Shown: in pieces, positions 13,701 to 24,309 of the stretch
Position numbering within the stretch: position 1 is the stretch's first letter
How the letters are laid out: every line of letters starts with the position of its first letter
Assembly: GCA_030141605.1 (NCBI GenBank)
Contig: JAQGDQ010000051.1
Coordinates: 186,001-250,000, forward strand
Origin: Tubiluchus corallicola
Lineage: Eukaryota > Animalia > Priapulida
Length of the DNA stretch: 64,000 bases
Reading direction: 5' to 3'
Notes under the pieces: model-generated
Database searches by the model: none
What the model was told of the DNA's origin: nothing
Seen by the model: only the letters and a program-made list of their open reading frames with translations
Translations under genes and position numbers: made by a program

Positions 13701-16700
13701 CTACATACATCTTGTCTAGTTTTAATAATATTTTACAAAAGAATCAAATTTACAAACATAGACTTTTCATATTTTAATTGCCTTTAGTTGAAGTGTTAAC
13801 TTTCATGTCATAGCTGAAACAGTCTTTGTTAACCATTTCATTGTGAATTATTGTTTTTCAGTATATACAGTAAGTGTGAAATTGCAACAAAATTGTACAA
13901 TTATGTTTTGACCACTATACTGAAATTTTTGAGCTCTTGGTATTCTGCTCAAAGTGTTTTAAGTAAGTGAGTCAGTGAGTAAAGTAGGAAGCAAGGATGG
14001 AAGAAAGGAAGGAAGGAAAAGTAAGTAAGTAAAAGTTACGTGGAAACCAGATCCTTTGTCTTTGAAACGGCGTGTTAATGACTATTTTAAGGCACTAAAG
14101 TGTGCAGAATGTTATGGAGATTTTAGATTTATAAAAAATGGTGCATTCATTGGCCTTGATCAAAAAATTGTCTCGAACTTGGATCCCAAAATAATAATAT
14201 TCAATGCACGCTCCATGAGGTTGCATTTTAGTGGCTCATAAATCAATTAGCTGCAACTGCTTTATTTTCTTGGTGCAGAATTTTCCTGACAAATCAATGT
14301 TATTTTTAGTGTTTAGGGCAATAATCACATGCATGCACATTTATGTAACATGGCTTCATATTTGTCTATACTAAATAGGAAAATTTTAAATAACTTAGTA
14401 AATAAATGAATAATTTTGTTTTATTTTGAAACTGATTATAGAGAAAACACGATTACCTCATATATCATCCGAACCACCACCAAAAAAGCCAGACACAGAC
14501 TGGGTGAATCAGGGATCAAAACTCGTGAAAACTGTAACTCGTAAAGAAAAAGCACCATTATTACAAGCTTGTGATAGATTTAGAGATCAACTTGTTTTCT
14601 GTGGTATACAAATAAAGGTAGGCAATATTATGTACCAAGACTATCAATATTCAGTATTAGTTTCTAAGAGCAGATTATATTTTCAGTTAAAAACATTTGC
14701 TCAACATAACATTTCCTTTTATGGATACGAATGTTATGTTTAGTCTTGAGCTTTTATTGAAGTTGGTCATACCACATTAGGTTAATCTCACTTAATCACT
14801 CAATTTAGTGAGGTGATTTGCTATGAATCGTCCATCGTCGGCCACTGATACATGATGGTTAATGAGGATTACTCTTACATTATTAATTGATTGTTCAGAA
14901 AATGGAGATTTGCATGTTTTTGGGAAGCAATGTCTAGATTCATTTTATTTGTTAGTTGTTTGTGTGTGATGTTGTTATTCTCATGTATGTAATGTGTTTT
15001 TGATTGCTCTCAGATATGCGTGGGCAATAGATGTGACCCAACCCGCTGGTGAACTTGTGAAGTAACCTATTAAGAGGTCTGTTTTGCCGTGATGCTGTTA
15101 CTCTCTTGGTCAAACCAACAAACGTTTTTTTGGTCATTTAAAACTGGTCGTACCTACCCTCTTGAGCAGTTAGGAAGTAAAAATTTGGTTTGACTTCCAT
15201 AAGTACTATGTAGCTGTTTTCAACGTATTGAAATACATGATTCTGATTTTTGCTCAACAAATTGCTTTGATAAAGCATTTTGATAAAGTATAAAAACAGA
15301 GAAGCCACAGGAACATTTATTGATGACTGAGATTTGTTCTAGCCAGCAATTACTATATGATTAATTTTCTTCTAAGGCAATTTCCTCTGTGAAATTGTAG
15401 ACAGTCTTGGCTAATGGATACAAATTGATTAGCTAAATGGTAATTGCTGAATCTTTTCAATGTGCTCAGCTTTCTCCGCTTAATATATATATAGCTTAAG
15501 AAATGCTATACTAAGCATAGCATTACCTTTGCAAATACAGAATTTGTTTGGAATATTAGTGAATATAATAATTAACAGTAATTATTAATAATTATTGTTG
15601 GAATGTATTGTATCAAAATCAAGAATCTAGTTTGTGAAATTTCACTTTATTATGTAAATTTGTTTCTAGGACCGAGGTAAAGAATCCTATTGGGAAATGT
15701 TAGAAGATAAATCTTTAGAAGGAGTTAAGAGCAGTTTTGCTGATCATGTAAGTTTCATACATTTAGTAAATGCTTCATTGTAATGAGTTTAATCATTTGC
15801 CACTGTTTGTTGTTTGTCAAAGTTTAGTAAATTTTGGCTCTTGAAGTTTTTTCAGTTACAAGCAAACTATTTCTGCCACTTGTATTTAAATTATTTTAAT
15901 GGATGAAATAATCATGCAAAAATCATAGCTGATTTGTAGATATTTCCTAGTTCGTTAATTTTCAGTTTCAGATATTAAATATCTTCTTGGTGTCTTCAAG
16001 TTTTTACATGAATTAGGTAACTCTCTTGGCACTTACTTTCAAAGCCTTACAACTACAAGCTTTATAATTACAATTCCTTCAATTATGTGGTGCACAAAAC
16101 TTCAAAGTCAGAGCCAGTTAGCTAGACAATGACATGACCATGTTAACCACAAACTTAAAGTTACTATTAGTTAATAGCCTTACAGTATTAGCTACTCTAA
16201 GATTTTTTTAGCAATGTTATTACCTATATTGTGTTGTATGACGAAGCATGATCATTTGTAATACTGTTATAAGTATAATTCAATTAATTTTCTGCCATGT
16301 GTATTAAATTAGTTTATGACATCAAAATTGTTGACTACCAGAAGTCGTCAAGAGCTTTAGTATGCGTTTATGAGCATTTATTTAAAAATTAAATTGTATA
16401 CCATTAGTGGAGTCGTTAACTGGAATAAAATAGTAAAATTGATCAACTGTAATTATTGATCATATTATTACTAATAATAGTGTTGAAATTTCCGGGTTAT
16501 CTCCAATTTCCATGTTACCACGAGTAACTTACTGATTTTACTAAGAATACATAGATCGCAGAACGTCAGTCAACCAACAGGGTCCACCTCGCAATGACCA
16601 ATCAGACCCGCTGTATTTTGGCTTTAACAGCTTTTCGGTTGCTTACGCCAGGACCTACTGCTGGTTACATGTAGAAATGTGGCATGCTATATCAAGACTT

Positions 16701-17606
16701 AACTCACAGGAATAAGATTTTGCAGATACTGTACAGCATAACATAAGATTTTGTTCATTGCCCATGACTGCATGAATGAACACTAGACTGTAAGTTCTGT
16801 AATTATTAATAGTCACAAAGTTTAGCTCGGCTAATTTACTTGATTTTTATTTAATTTATTCAGGTATATATTATATTATATATTGTATTGTATTGTAATG
16901 TATTGTATTGTACTGTACTGTACTGTACTGTACTGTACTGTACTGTACTGTACTGTACTGTACTATATTATATTATGATTTATTTTGTTGTCATATATTC
17001 CTAGCTGACATTTAAACATTGTATTGTTTCTTTCTACTGATAAAAAACCAAACTGCTATATATGCTACTGGCGAAAAATACCAGTAGGCCTACTGTACAA
17101 TATGTATTAACTTATTAATAACAGTAATATTAATGATAATATAGTAATAAATAATGCTACTTAAACAATCCAGTTAATTGAAACAAATGTCAAATGCTAC
17201 TAATATTTTGAAAAATAGATTACTGAAGCCAAGAAATAACGATTATAAAGAAAGATGCATTATTTACAACCTGTTGTCTTTCTGCTGTTTTTAAAATTTT
17301 ACTCTTTTCTACTGATTTTTAAACTAAAGACTTTGGCAGATAGCAACACAGGAGCTATGCATGTTTTCACCTTTGTTTATATGCTGTAGCGACTTACAGC
17401 CAGCGAATGTATGTGAGAAGGTGTGTAACGTCATCAAGGTGGGCGGGACTAAACACCTCTTGCAATCTTTGTATTATGACCCTTAGACTTCATTAGCTTA
17501 GTAATTATAGTTACTGTATTATGATTACAATATCCTAATTATTGTAATGATTGTTGTATGAAAAGTCATGTGTGTTTTTCAGGATCCCAGATACGAACCA
17601 CCGTAA
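4033..17606 (+). CDS. CARS2: Mitochondrial cysteine--tRNA ligase (CysRS), 15 coding exons, ~638 aa
   Basis: Exons joined by GT-AG and frame: 4033-4268, 4851-4901, 5554-5671, 5947-6124, 6610-6693, 7317-7455, 9190-9323, 9735-9869, 11873-12011, 12362-12488, 12628-12729, 13375-13570, 14442-14617, 15670-15747, 17583-17606 (1917 nt). Motifs: [17 protein letters not shown] (HIGH), [56 protein letters not shown]...GIQIKDR. The basic, acid-poor N-terminus fits a mitochondrial presequence. The last 24-nt exon is less certain. Confidence 0.93.
4655..4737 (+). repeat. (TG)n / (TGCG)n microsatellite
   Basis: Directly visible tandem repeat in CARS2 intron. Confidence 0.97.
7615..8649. mobile_element. Foldback-type element with ~350-400-bp inverted repeats in a CARS2 intron
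   Basis: ACGTTTAGCAAAGTATGTTACTTAAGAATATA (7615) vs TATATTCTTAAGTAACATACTTTGCTAAACGT (to 8649). Complementarity continues inward, e.g. TCAAGCCAAATCAGCTGTTAGCTTTTACTAATGACA vs TGTCATTAGTAAAAGTTAGCAGCTGGTTTGGCTTGG, and TTCCAAGCTTTTCTAAG vs CTTAGAAAAGCTTGGAA. No clear TSD. Confidence 0.85.
9882..11070. mobile_element. Degenerate TIR element (possibly Tc1/mariner-pogo type) with internal 27-bp tandem repeats
   Basis: Left GTGTATAAGTTGCAGGCAATGTGTAAAAT vs right ATTTCACACATTGCCTGTAACAAATACACCACGG followed by TA. CCTAGGCATTT / AAATGCCTAGG motifs recur in opposite orientation in the two arms. Confidence 0.55.
10973..11052 (+). repeat. 27-bp tandem repeat x3 (AGAATACCCGATTTCACACATTGCCTC)
   Basis: Three near-perfect copies seen directly. 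Confidence 0.95.
12867..13028. mobile_element. Short MITE (PIF/Harbinger-like termini)
   Basis: GGCACTTTCATACTAGCGAGTTTT vs reverse complement of AAAACTCGCTAGTCTGAACATGCC; internal CTCTC/GAGAG repeats. Confidence 0.7.
16868..16976 (+). repeat. Compound pentanucleotide microsatellite (ATTAT)/(ATTGT)/(ACTGT)n
   Basis: Directly visible. Confidence 0.95.
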
Positions 17607-18189
17607 GACGACTTTATCACTAATGTGTGCTTCCTGGGATGTCAGTTGAGATGATGTTGAAAACAATATGTTGACTAAAGATAGGGCAATTTTATCACTA
17701 ATGTGTATACCTTAGAGCCTTTGTAAATGTCGGATGATACTTTTTGAAGGCAACTGTGATTACATGTTATAACTGTTAGTACATAATTGGACCTGTTTTC
17801 TGAACTTAGCATACATTGATCTAAGTATATTTTTCTTCATGTATACTTGTAATTTATTTATATTTACTGATAACAACATTACTTATAGGGTGGTTGTCCT
17901 TGATAATTTTTAATCTTCACTGCTCTTTTGCCAATCAGTTTAACACCATATCTTGAATATACTAATCATCATAATATCATAACATTGTTTTGTGCACCAT
18001 TAAAGATACTTACTTGTAAAATGTTGGTGTCTGTATATTACACTTTTACACGTTTGAACTTAGGCCTTTGGTTAAAAAGTAATTGCTGTATTACCTTACA
18101 TGTAAAATGTTTTGTTTTGCTTGCAGAAACAGGACTGTTGCATTTGCATTTATCGATTAGGGTATTTCTTACATTTTTCTGAAATAAAG

Positions 18190-18384
18190 TTAAACTGCCA
18201 TGGTCGAAAGGAACATATGGTGAATAATGGTACAAAGATGGTACAAACCTCCAATTAATTAAATTTTTGAAATCACACATGAAAGTCAAGAAATGTAGAA
18301 AAATTTGGAACACATCCTGAGCTTGAACCAGGGACCATCTGCTTACAAGGAAGACGCCATAAACTGGCATACTACGGTATGCCC
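18190..18384 (-). mobile_element. tRNA-derived SINE remnant
   Basis: Minus strand reads GGGCATACCGTAGTATGCCAGTTTATGGCGTCTTCCTTGTAAGCAGATGGTCCCTGGTTCAAGCTCAGG, i.e. tRNA-like spacing with a B-box-like GGTTCAAGC. Too degenerate for a functional tRNA. Confidence 0.5.
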
Positions 18385-18992
18385 AGCAACCCCAGCAATT
18401 GCACTGGAGTTAATTGTGAACAAATTGTGGATTTTTAAATCAATAGAACACCTATGTCATCCCACATACTTTTAATTTCCATGTCTAGGTATTTGAAACT
18501 CGATCATTTTTCTGCTTATGTAATTATAAGTTGTATAATACATTTTATTGCTGACAAATAATCATTTTATACAATTATACATGATTTGTCTTCTCTGTTA
18601 TAGCTAGCCAATAATGTCTCTGAAATCAAGTGAAATCTATGTAACCATCATGGATTCTCCTGGTTCATTTTATTCTTTTTTCCAAAGAATGTTGAATTTA
18701 ATACAGTCATTTAGCTGCCTACAACTTAGAAGAAATTTCAATCTGTTTTTCTTGACGGGTGTTTCAATGAAATGAAGTTTGTAAGAAGATGAGTGTGAAG
18801 ATTTTGCTTCTGCAAAAATAGATTTTCGTAATTATATTTATCGTGAGACAATAAATTTTTAAATGTACTTGTAATTCATTTTATCTGTTCCTTAATTATA
18901 CTGAAATCATAGAGCCATAAGGTTACTGTATTTTTTAGTAAACACCTTATGATTTTCAGAGGGCACGAAAGTTTTTTTAGCAAATTTTTTCT

Positions 18993-19420
18993 GTGCCATG
19001 CACAAACAAATGAGGAGGATATCATCTATTTGCAAACTGTCAACCTGTCGACCTGTCTACCAAAGTCTTTCTGTTCACCGTTTCTCTCTTCTTTTTGTTT
19101 ATGAGTCTCTCTCTTTCTCTCTTCCTTCTTCCTCTCTCTCCCTCCCCCTCTCTCTTCTTCTCACTTGCCTTCTGTATTTGCAAACTGTCAACGTGTCTAC
19201 CAAATTATTGTTCACCCTTTCTCTTCCTTTTATCAAGAAATCACTCTCTTTTTTCCTTCCCTCTTTCTCTCATCCTCTCCCTCTGTTTCTGTGTTCCTTC
19301 TGTGTATTTGCAAACTGTCTTTTCTATTCCCTCTTTCTTTCATTTCTTGTCTATCACTCTCTTCTCCTACTCCTCTTTTGCTCATCCTCTCCTTAGCTCC
19401 TTTATTTGCAAGTGGTTTAC
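18993..19420 (+). repeat. Interspersed CT-rich repeat with recurrent TATTTGCAAACTGTC motif (related copy at 62950-63305, opposite strand)
   Basis: ATCTATTTGCAAACTGTCAACCTGTCGACC at ~19024 matches the reverse complement of GGTCGACATGTTGACAGTTTGCAAATAGAT at ~63100. Confidence 0.7.
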
Positions 19421-19848
19421 ACAAACCAAAAAACACAGTTCTTAATTCGCGTCACGAACTAATTTCTTTTGTGTAGGGTATTGTAGACTTTAGCCAATGT
19501 TTTTAGCCCATGTTACTAGGTTTCTGATGTTGAGCAAAAGCTTTTTTGACTGTTTTAACTTAAAATATGCAAATGAGAGTTAAATGGTTTTGACGTCGAG
19601 CAGCATTTTGTCAGCCCAAATGTACGTGTCACCCCAGCTAACTCGTAGTTTTGTTTGTTGTGGTGGAGATAATAAAAGAATTAATTACCCTATCTTGTAG
19701 TCAAGCCCTCCTTTTCTTAAAGTATGACACTTTCTCTGCATGAACACGCCCACAAAATGCTTCATGAATATTTTCTGTAGGTGCTGTTCGTGGAAACTTT
19801 TGCATAATAGGTTTGCTGCTGTATAATAGACAAAAATAGACAACCAAA

Positions 19849-20030
19849 CAAACAGCGTTGGAATATTATTTCCTTCGCAGAGATTAAAATTAAAATAATT
19901 ATCCCCCACAGTAACCCTAACCCTAGCTCATGTTTTATAAGTGCGCCTTGTTTTCCTATTTTCTCATTTGTGCCGTTTTATCCTGCACCATTTTTACTTG
20001 TGCCCACTTTTACCAAGCACCCTTTCGATA
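19849..20030 (+). repeat. Transposon-end-like repeat, copy 1 (TAACCCTAACCCT + 15-bp GTGCCATTTTTAC units)
   Basis: Direct repeat of 21077-21275, sharing AAATAATTATCCCCCACAGTAACCCTAACCCTA and ending GCACCC. Confidence 0.75.
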
Positions 20031-21076
20031 ACCATAGTCAGTGTGATTCCGCAAGCTTCTGGAATCTATACCAAACGAAGGGTCTTAATCCAGCGCTTTC
20101 TCACGTGGCTCGTTCTTTGGCACAACTTATACTCCTTAATTTTAGACAACGGGGTCGAGGTGATAATAGTTGGACAGTTCGTCGGCGAGCGTGGGGGTGC
20201 ATAGTTTGTAAATTTCACGGGAAGTCCACGGCTGCCCGCAACGGGCGTCTACCCGAACCCATCCGCTTAAATTTCGGGAAAAGCTGCGCAAACAGTTCCC
20301 AGAAAAAGTAGATTTTCGAAACTAATTGGGAATTTGAAAAAAATAAGCATATTGTCGAAAGAGAATAAACGGTCGACAAACTATATGTTCTGTTTACAGA
20401 GATGCTCACTGTTCAGCATGAAATGGGAAGGTCCACTTCAGATACTCCTTTCGGCCTCTACCACAGTGCTGCAAGCTGTATGGAGCACCCCCTTGTCTTT
20501 GCCTTTCATAGAAATAACGAGGATCTTCCGAGCATTGGCATCACCCATTGTTCTACCGAACTTCTTTCAGCCTATTACTGCCATTGAACGAGCAAAAAGG
20601 TAGACAAACCCTAAGTAAAGCGTCCGTCTTAGTATTGTTTGTAAGTTTATTTATAAGCAAAATCATTTGAGGGGTTTTTGCTAGAATTTCGGAAGGACCC
20701 TAACAAAAAATTGTTGGAATAACCGCTTTTCGGTGCAAATTTATGAAGCGAATTAATGATCTAGAAGTGATGATCCCCAGAGAAATGCCAGACAAACTTA
20801 TTTAAAATGTCTGTGCCCGACGGAGTATGGAAAGTAGTAAAGAAAATTAACATAATTATCAAGTGCTAAATTTCTGACAGTAAAACTTTTCTCCTTACTA
20901 CAGTAGTACGTATTCTATGTACGTATGTATGTCTTTTTATGACGAAAAGTGTAATTAACCTATCTTTAGAGGTGTCTTAGTCACTGTGGGCAGTGTACAA
21001 TTGAGCACTTGCACTTGGGCAATTTACTCTTTAATTCTTCACAAAGTTTCGTAGTTTCTGTTAAGTACTTTTTACA

Positions 21077-21275
21077 TAAACAACGTTGAAGCATAACTTC
21101 CTTTGCAGAGATAAAAAATAAAATAATTATCCCCCACAGTAACCCTAACCCTAAACTCATGTTTTCATTTGTACCATTTTTTCATGTGCCATTTTTACCT
21201 GTGGCATTTTTGCTTGTGGCATTTTTACTTGTGCCAATTTTAGTTGTACCATTTTTACTACGCACCCATTTGATA
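21077..21275 (+). repeat. Transposon-end-like repeat, copy 2
   Basis: Same core as 19849-20030, with about six 15-bp units (GTGGCATTTTTACTT) ending GCACCC. Confidence 0.75.
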
Positions 21276-21492
21276 AGCATAACTAGTGGTTCATGTGACG
21301 GTGCACTTATATTTCTTGATTATTTTTGTCAGGATTGTGAACCCATTTATTTAATTAGGCTCGAAAGCGCATCTCACAAACGAAATTGACTTATTAACCA
21401 TCGAATTAAAGATGTGATGAGCCGAAACACGGATATTCCTAAAGCACGTGTCATGGGTTCTGTGTTATTTCCCTAACGTGTATCGTCGTTGC

Positions 21493-22372
21493 TGTTGTGA
21501 TGTAATATTTAGGAAAAATTTCTGATTGACAATCTCAATTAATCTAAATAAGCTAGGCATTAAATTCAATTGCTTTATTTAATTACAAATATAATACGCA
21601 TGAAAAAAACTGTGCAGAGACCATTAAAACAAAACTGTACAAGTGTGTACGAGGCTACAAGCATACCGGTACCGGGTTTACCACGTCAGAGCCCCAGTCC
21701 TGGCGTTAACTGCGTCACGGTTCCATTTCCATTCCATAACCATGGTTTCATCACTCCATATTGTAAACGTAACTACATCATTCCATTCCATGTTATCGAA
21801 CCATACCATACCATCCGTCGTTCGATTCCACCAAGTTCCGACAGCTGCTGGCAGTTCACCTCATGGATCGCCACGTCTTCGCCTCACCACTGACACGGTA
21901 GCTGCAGTTTCCTCGTGATACAACAGCCTAGCTTACTTGACTCCGTCCGCCAACTTGCTGGGAGTCTCACCGAAACAAGTCGAGAATAGGTTCCGTATTC
22001 TATTGACCATATTAACAAGCCTTTTCTATTCCGCTTATAACATCAGAGGAAGTTCCACAATAGTATGGAACAATCAGAGGACGTTCCACAATAGTATGGA
22101 ACAATCAGAAGGAAATTCCAAAACAAAACCTTTCAATTAATCTCGTTAAAGGAATGTTCAAACTGAGCAGTGTGGACAGACTTTAGACGTGCCTGCCATT
22201 TTGCAGAGGATTGTATGTGTAGCCTTATCTACCTACCTGCTTATCTATCTAGCACTCCACCACTCAAGTTGATCTCCACCTGTTATTCTAGCTACTGTAA
22301 CAAACCAAGTAATAAATATTGTAAATCAAAATTAAATAATGTTTACTCTTCTTTTGCGTGCAATAAATAACA
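21493..22372 (+). mobile_element. Probable solo LTR (Ty3/Gypsy-like)
   Basis: Begins TGTT and ends AACA; TTGC duplicated on both flanks (21489-21492, 22373-22376); AATAAA at ~22310 and 22362; GC-richer interior; internal duplication GTTCCACAATAGTATGGAACAATCAGA x2. Confidence 0.65.
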
Positions 22373-22489
22373 TTGCGTGATTGCATCAAGCTCAAGAAAG
22401 TGAAAACCAATAAAAATGAAAGATTAATGACTGGGTTTATTAAAGGTAAAAAAGGTAATAATAAACATAAAAATTTGATCTACAACATG

Positions 22490-23115
22490 TAACAAGTACA
22501 AGAGTACTGAGTAAGAGTGCATGCCTCCACCAAGCATTGTTTGAGACAGTTATAATATTTCTTTGTTTTCTTAAATAGGTCAAGACTCAAAGGATTTTGT
22601 TAGCGATACAACAAAAATAACATGTTCTGTAATCAGTATTACCATAGATAAAAATTTCTACGTCTTCTCTGCAAGACTGCAACATTTGATTATGGCCTCA
22701 AATTTTCTTTAAAATTCTAAACTTATTTAAGCAATTAAATATTGTTTTTGCTTCTACTTGTTGATCGACCACTGTCAAAATGTCGATCTTTCTATAACTT
22801 GTGGCCATTGTTCAACAAATTCGTTAAAAATCAATTAACAACCAGTTATAAAAATCTTATAGACAGGCACATTTTTATTTTTGTCCATAGACGCAATAAC
22901 TAGACGGTACAGGATAAGAAACAACAATTCAAAATTGGTTATCAAATCTCATATCAAAGCTCTTTCTTGTAACATAGCCCTCGGCCTCCTAAAATTTTAT
23001 TGAAAAACATTAAATTTTGCAGTTTTTCAAAAAGCCTAAACCTTGAATTATCACAAACAAACTAATAAGAACGGATGAATACATGACCTCTTTGTCATTT
23101 TTAGGAGAAGTAGCA
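22490..23115. mobile_element. Helentron-associated non-autonomous element (HINE/DINE-1-like), degenerate
   Basis: One end reads ACAAGAGTACTGAGTAAGAGTGCATGCCTCCACCAAG; the other reads ACAAACAAAC...GGATGAATACATGACCTCTTTG...GGAGAAGTA. These resemble the AACAAGAGCACTC..CCTCCGCCAAG and AACCTCCTTGGCGGAGGTAA ends recalled for this class. Confidence 0.5.
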
Positions 23116-24309
23116 ACATTATAATATAATAGTCGATATTATAACAACATTACAAATATTATACTTTGCAAAGTAATCTGGTTATAATTACTTTAATATT
23201 ATATAATTTACCATCAGAGCTTTTGTATTATCGTTTACTCAACAAATTAATTAATCATAAGGTAATAAAAATAAGACGAGATTTTACTTATTTATAAATC
23301 TGTGATGAACGCAGTTTCTTTCTCAGCCAACACTTTCCCCCTCTGTTTGTACGTATTCACGATTCACTTTATGATCGCAATAAAGATTTTGTTCATGCAC
23401 TAATGAGATGGAGAATTAATGGGAATTACAAAATGTAGCTAATTAACAATTTACAAAACAGCTATAGTGACACATATTTATCTTGATATGTTCGTGAAAC
23501 TAATTTGTTTAATTAAAGTCCACAAACATTGCAAATTTTAGTAGCATGACAAAGCTTTACCTAATGATAAACTTTAGCGAGCACCAATTTATGCAAACAG
23601 CTGGAAGTTCACAAATTTCGAGACATTTTATGTTTATTGACAACGTATATTACGCGGTATAGAATGCAGTTACCCAGCCCACATCTGTAACGATGATCAA
23701 CAAAGTATAATTATTTTCAGGTTTATACCCCGATTGTGAAATCGCTTAAACAACTAAATTTTACACTTAACACCAAAAAAGTAAAATTTCTTTGAGCATT
23801 TAAACTGATTTGACAATAGACAACGGAACAAAATACATAATGAACACGACAGAAATTATTTGTTCATGAGATATTTCGTTTGGCAAGTTCCCAATGATTT
23901 ATGATTTCGGAGGCTGTTTCTAACAAATTCTGGCTTTAATTGTCACACACACTGTATTTTGAAATTGGAGTTGAGTTTATGCGCTTTGGTTTATGTCTAG
24001 TAGTATCACGCATTCTCTCAATACTTTCTGGGTTCATGTAAGTGGAATTATTAAATTTTTATTTATCTTTATAGCGTTAATGGTTTTATATAATTACTTT
24101 TGACGATGTTGTACATATGGTCTCTTTCGATTTCTATATGATAATAGCTCTTATATGTATTGCTGTACTATTAAGATGGTTTCCGTGTCGCTTACAGATG
24201 GCCTTTTTTGGAGGACAATAGATTTTCAATGGATATGAAACGTCCCACCAATAAATTGCGGCATATTGTTGTACATAAACAATACATAGTTAATAGAATT
24301 TGTAAAAAA

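Noticed and set aside
18998-19476. Hydrophobic Leu/Ser/Phe ORFs resembling membrane proteins
   Set aside because: Translation of CT-rich low-complexity repeat, open in all frames; likewise 48421-48852.
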